Shown: in pieces, positions 59,907 through 62,007 of the stretch
Position numbering within the stretch: position 1 is the first letter of the stretch
How the letters are laid out: each line of letters opens with the position of its first letter
Assembly: GCA_017883165.1 (NCBI GenBank)
Contig: JADGOC010000003.1
Coordinates: forward strand, 1 to 62,007
DNA length: 62,007 nt
Source of the DNA: Acidobacteriota bacterium
GTDB taxonomy: Bacteria; Acidobacteriota; Vicinamibacteria; Vicinamibacterales; CAVVIG01
Direction: 5' to 3'
Notes under the pieces: generated by a model
Told to the model about the DNA's origin: nothing
Seen by the model: the letters and a program-made list of their open reading frames with translations, nothing else
Database searches by the model: none
Made by a program: the position numbers and the translations under genes

Positions 59907-61232
59907 ATGAAGCGGTTGCTCAAGGGCGGGCGGGTCGTCGATCCGGCGAACGGCCGCGACGGCGTGTTCGACGTGCTGATCGACGGCGATCGGATTGTGC
60001 GCGTGGGCCGCGATCTGCCGGTGGAGGCGGATGTCATGGTCGTCGAGGTGCCGAGCGGTCTCGTGGTGTGTCCCGGGCTGATCGACATGCACGTGCACCT
60101 GCGCGAGCCGGGGCAGGAGCACAAAGAGACGATCGCCACCGGCACCGCGGCGGCGGTGGCCGGCGGATTCACCGCGGTCGCGTGCATGCCGAACACGCAT
60201 CCGGTGAACGACAATGCCGGCGTCACCGAGTACATCCTCAAGAAGGCGGCGGAAGCGAATCTGGCGCGCGTCTATCCGATCGGCGCGGTGTCGCGAGGAC
60301 AGGACGGGGAACAGCTCGCCGACATCGCCGAGCTGCGGCAGGCCGGCTGCGTCGCGCTGAGTGATGACGGCCGGCCGGTGGCGACGGCGCTCCTGATGCG
60401 GCGCGCGCTCGAATATGCGGGGATGTTCAAGATGCCGGTGATCGAGCACTGCGAGGATCCGTCGCTCAAAGCCGGCGGCGTCGCGCACGAGGGGTATCAC
60501 GCCTCGACGCTCGGCCTGCACGGCATTCCCGGCGAAGCCGAGTCGATCATGGCGCTGCGCGACATCTCGCTCGCCGAGCTGACGGGCGGATGCGTGCACG
60601 TCGCGCACATGAGCGCGCGCCAGACGCTCGACGCGGTCCGCTACGGGAAGACGCGCGGCGTGCGCGTCACGTGCGAGGTGACGCCGCATCATGTCGTGCT
60701 GACCGACGAGATGCTCGTCTTGCCGATTCCGTACGACACCAACGTCAAGATGAACCCGCCGCTGCGCGCCTCTGAGGATCGCGACGCGATGCTCGCGGGG
60801 CTCGCCGACGGCAGCGTCGACGTGATCGCCACCGATCACGCGCCCCATCACTACGACGAGAAGCACGTCGAGTTCGATCGCGCGCCGTTCGGGATCACCG
60901 GGCTCGAAACGGCGGTGTCGCTGTGCCTCGACCGCCTCGTGCATGCCGGCGTCATCTCGCTGGCGAGGCTCATCGAGCTCCTGTCGGTGAATCCGGCGAA
61001 GATTCTCGGGGTCGCGGGCGGATCGCTCGCCGCGGGTGCGCCGGCGGACGTCACGATTCTGGCGCCCGATCTCGCGGTGACGGTGTCGGTCGCGCGGATG
61101 CGATCGAAAGCGAAGAATACGCCGTTTGACGGCTGGCAGCTGCGCGGCGGCGTCGCGGCGACGATTGTCGGCGGCCGGGTCGTATACGAGGGGGTCGGGA
61201 GCCTTTTGCAGTTTCTTCCACCCGCATTGTAG
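59907..61232 (+). CDS. pyrC: Dihydroorotase
   Basis: PGLIDMHVHLREPG, MPNT, EVTPHH, KMNPPLR, ATDHAPH. Confidence 0.96.
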   Translation: MKRLLKGGRVVDPANGRDGVFDVLIDGDRIVRVGRDLPVEADVMVVEVPSGLVVCPGLIDMHVHLREPGQEHKETIATGTAAAVAGGFTAVACMPNTHPVNDNAGVTEYILKKAAEANLARVYPIGAVSRGQDGEQLADIAELRQAGCVALSDDGRPVATALLMRRALEYAGMFKMPVIEHCEDPSLKAGGVAHEGYHASTLGLHGIPGEAESIMALRDISLAELTGGCVHVAHMSARQTLDAVRYGKTRGVRVTCEVTPHHVVLTDEMLVLPIPYDTNVKMNPPLRASEDRDAMLAGLADGSVDVIATDHAPHHYDEKHVEFDRAPFGITGLETAVSLCLDRLVHAGVISLARLIELLSVNPAKILGVAGGSLAAGAPADVTILAPDLAVTVSVARMRSKAKNTPFDGWQLRGGVAATIVGGRVVYEGVGSLLQFLPPAL

Positions 61233-61258
61233 AAACTGCAAAAGGCTCCCGACCCCCT
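61189..61258. repeat. Perfect 28-bp inverted repeat with a 14-nt loop, overlapping the pyrC 3' end
   Basis: AGGGGGTCGGGAGCCTTTTGCAGTTTCT ... AGAAACTGCAAAAGGCTCCCGACCCCCT. Confidence 0.9.
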
Positions 61259-61271
61259 GTGAGAATCTGAC

Positions 61272-61892
61272 GTGGATAAACGGGCGGACATTCGCGAGAA
61301 GGCGTTGAAGGATCTCCGGCAGGCGGAAGTCCTGATGCTCGACGGCCATTTCGACTACGGCAACGGCTACCACGGGCGCGTCTACCTCAACCCGCATCAG
61401 CTGTTTCGCCATCCGTCGACGATCTGGCGCTTCGCGCAGGATCTGATCGATCTCCTGCCGGACGAGCTCGTGCAAGGGACCGAGGTGGTGGCCGGCCCGG
61501 TCACCGGCGGCGCGCTGCTCGCGCACACGATCGCGGGGCTGCTCGACAGCCGGCGCAGCCTCACGCATCCGCCCTGCAGCTTCGCGCCCTTCAACTACGA
61601 TCCGGCCGGCGGCTTCGCCTTGCGCACGTTCTATCGCGACGAGCTGAAAGGCAAGCGCGTGCTGTTGGCCGACGATGTGCGGAACACCGGCGACACGTTC
61701 GCGCGCTGCGCGGCGCTCGTGCGGGACGCCGGCGGATCGGTGGTCGCGACGATGGAGATTTGCGATCGGCTCGAAGCGATCACCGATCTCGGCGTCCCCA
61801 ACATCGCGCTCGCCGAGTTCAAAGCGCCGGAGAACTTCAAGGCGAGCGCGTGCCCTCTATGCAGCGCGGGGATAGCCATCACGCGCTTTTGA
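61272..61892 (+). CDS. pyrE: Orotate phosphoribosyltransferase-like protein
   Basis: GHF...G.H..Y, PRPP motif VLLADDVRNTG, C-terminal CPLC. Last gene of the pyr operon. Confidence 0.75.
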   Translation: MDKRADIREKALKDLRQAEVLMLDGHFDYGNGYHGRVYLNPHQLFRHPSTIWRFAQDLIDLLPDELVQGTEVVAGPVTGGALLAHTIAGLLDSRRSLTHPPCSFAPFNYDPAGGFALRTFYRDELKGKRVLLADDVRNTGDTFARCAALVRDAGGSVVATMEICDRLEAITDLGVPNIALAEFKAPENFKASACPLCSAGIAITRF

Positions 61893-61923
61893 AAGTTGAA
61901 AGTTAAAAGTTAAGACTTAAAAG
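61890..61923. repeat. AT-rich heptamer repeat (TRAAAGT-like)
   Basis: tgaaagt tgaaagt taaaagt taagact taaaag, with a partial inverted copy near the window end. Confidence 0.65.
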
Positions 61924-62007
61924 GACAACAACGAAGACGCGCCTAAAATAAAAAAGGACGTCGACAGAACCGGTCGGCGTGCGGCCAAGGCCTTTTAACT
62001 CTTGAAT

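Overview
High-GC bacterial chromosomal segment. The gene content (Acidobacterial-type VWA protein, pyr layout, microcompartment locus) suggests Acidobacteriota, possibly Vicinamibacteria; this is an inference. Most of the window is housekeeping: yebC-ruvCAB-fabH, queA, a tRNA(CAT) followed by tilS-ftsH-folP-cdaA-cdaR-glmM-pdxJ, queE-queC, a Gld-like ABC transporter with dacB, an SmtB/ZntA-type metal efflux pair, pal, and two divergent pyr clusters with a PyrR-binding leader. Five features stand out. (1) A secreted S8 protease with 13 C-terminal NIVW(G) repeats, coupled to a GNAT acetyltransferase behind a sigma54-type promoter and an AT-rich upstream region. (2) A minimal bacterial microcompartment locus: class II aldolase with an encapsulation-like peptide, 1 BMC-H, 3 BMC-P, a small encapsulation-peptide/Cys4 protein and a 2-hydroxyacid dehydrogenase. 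(3) An ArsC/Spx-family UxxC selenoprotein gene with a SECIS-like hairpin, missed by the ORF track. (4) A small island with two divergent lipoprotein zinc metallopeptidases. (5) A LysW-like acidic protein coupled to larE. Several families of small intergenic repeats and REP-like palindromes also occur, some inside coding sequences. No CRISPR array, transposase or integrase was seen. All product calls come from motif recognition by eye; no database search was run.
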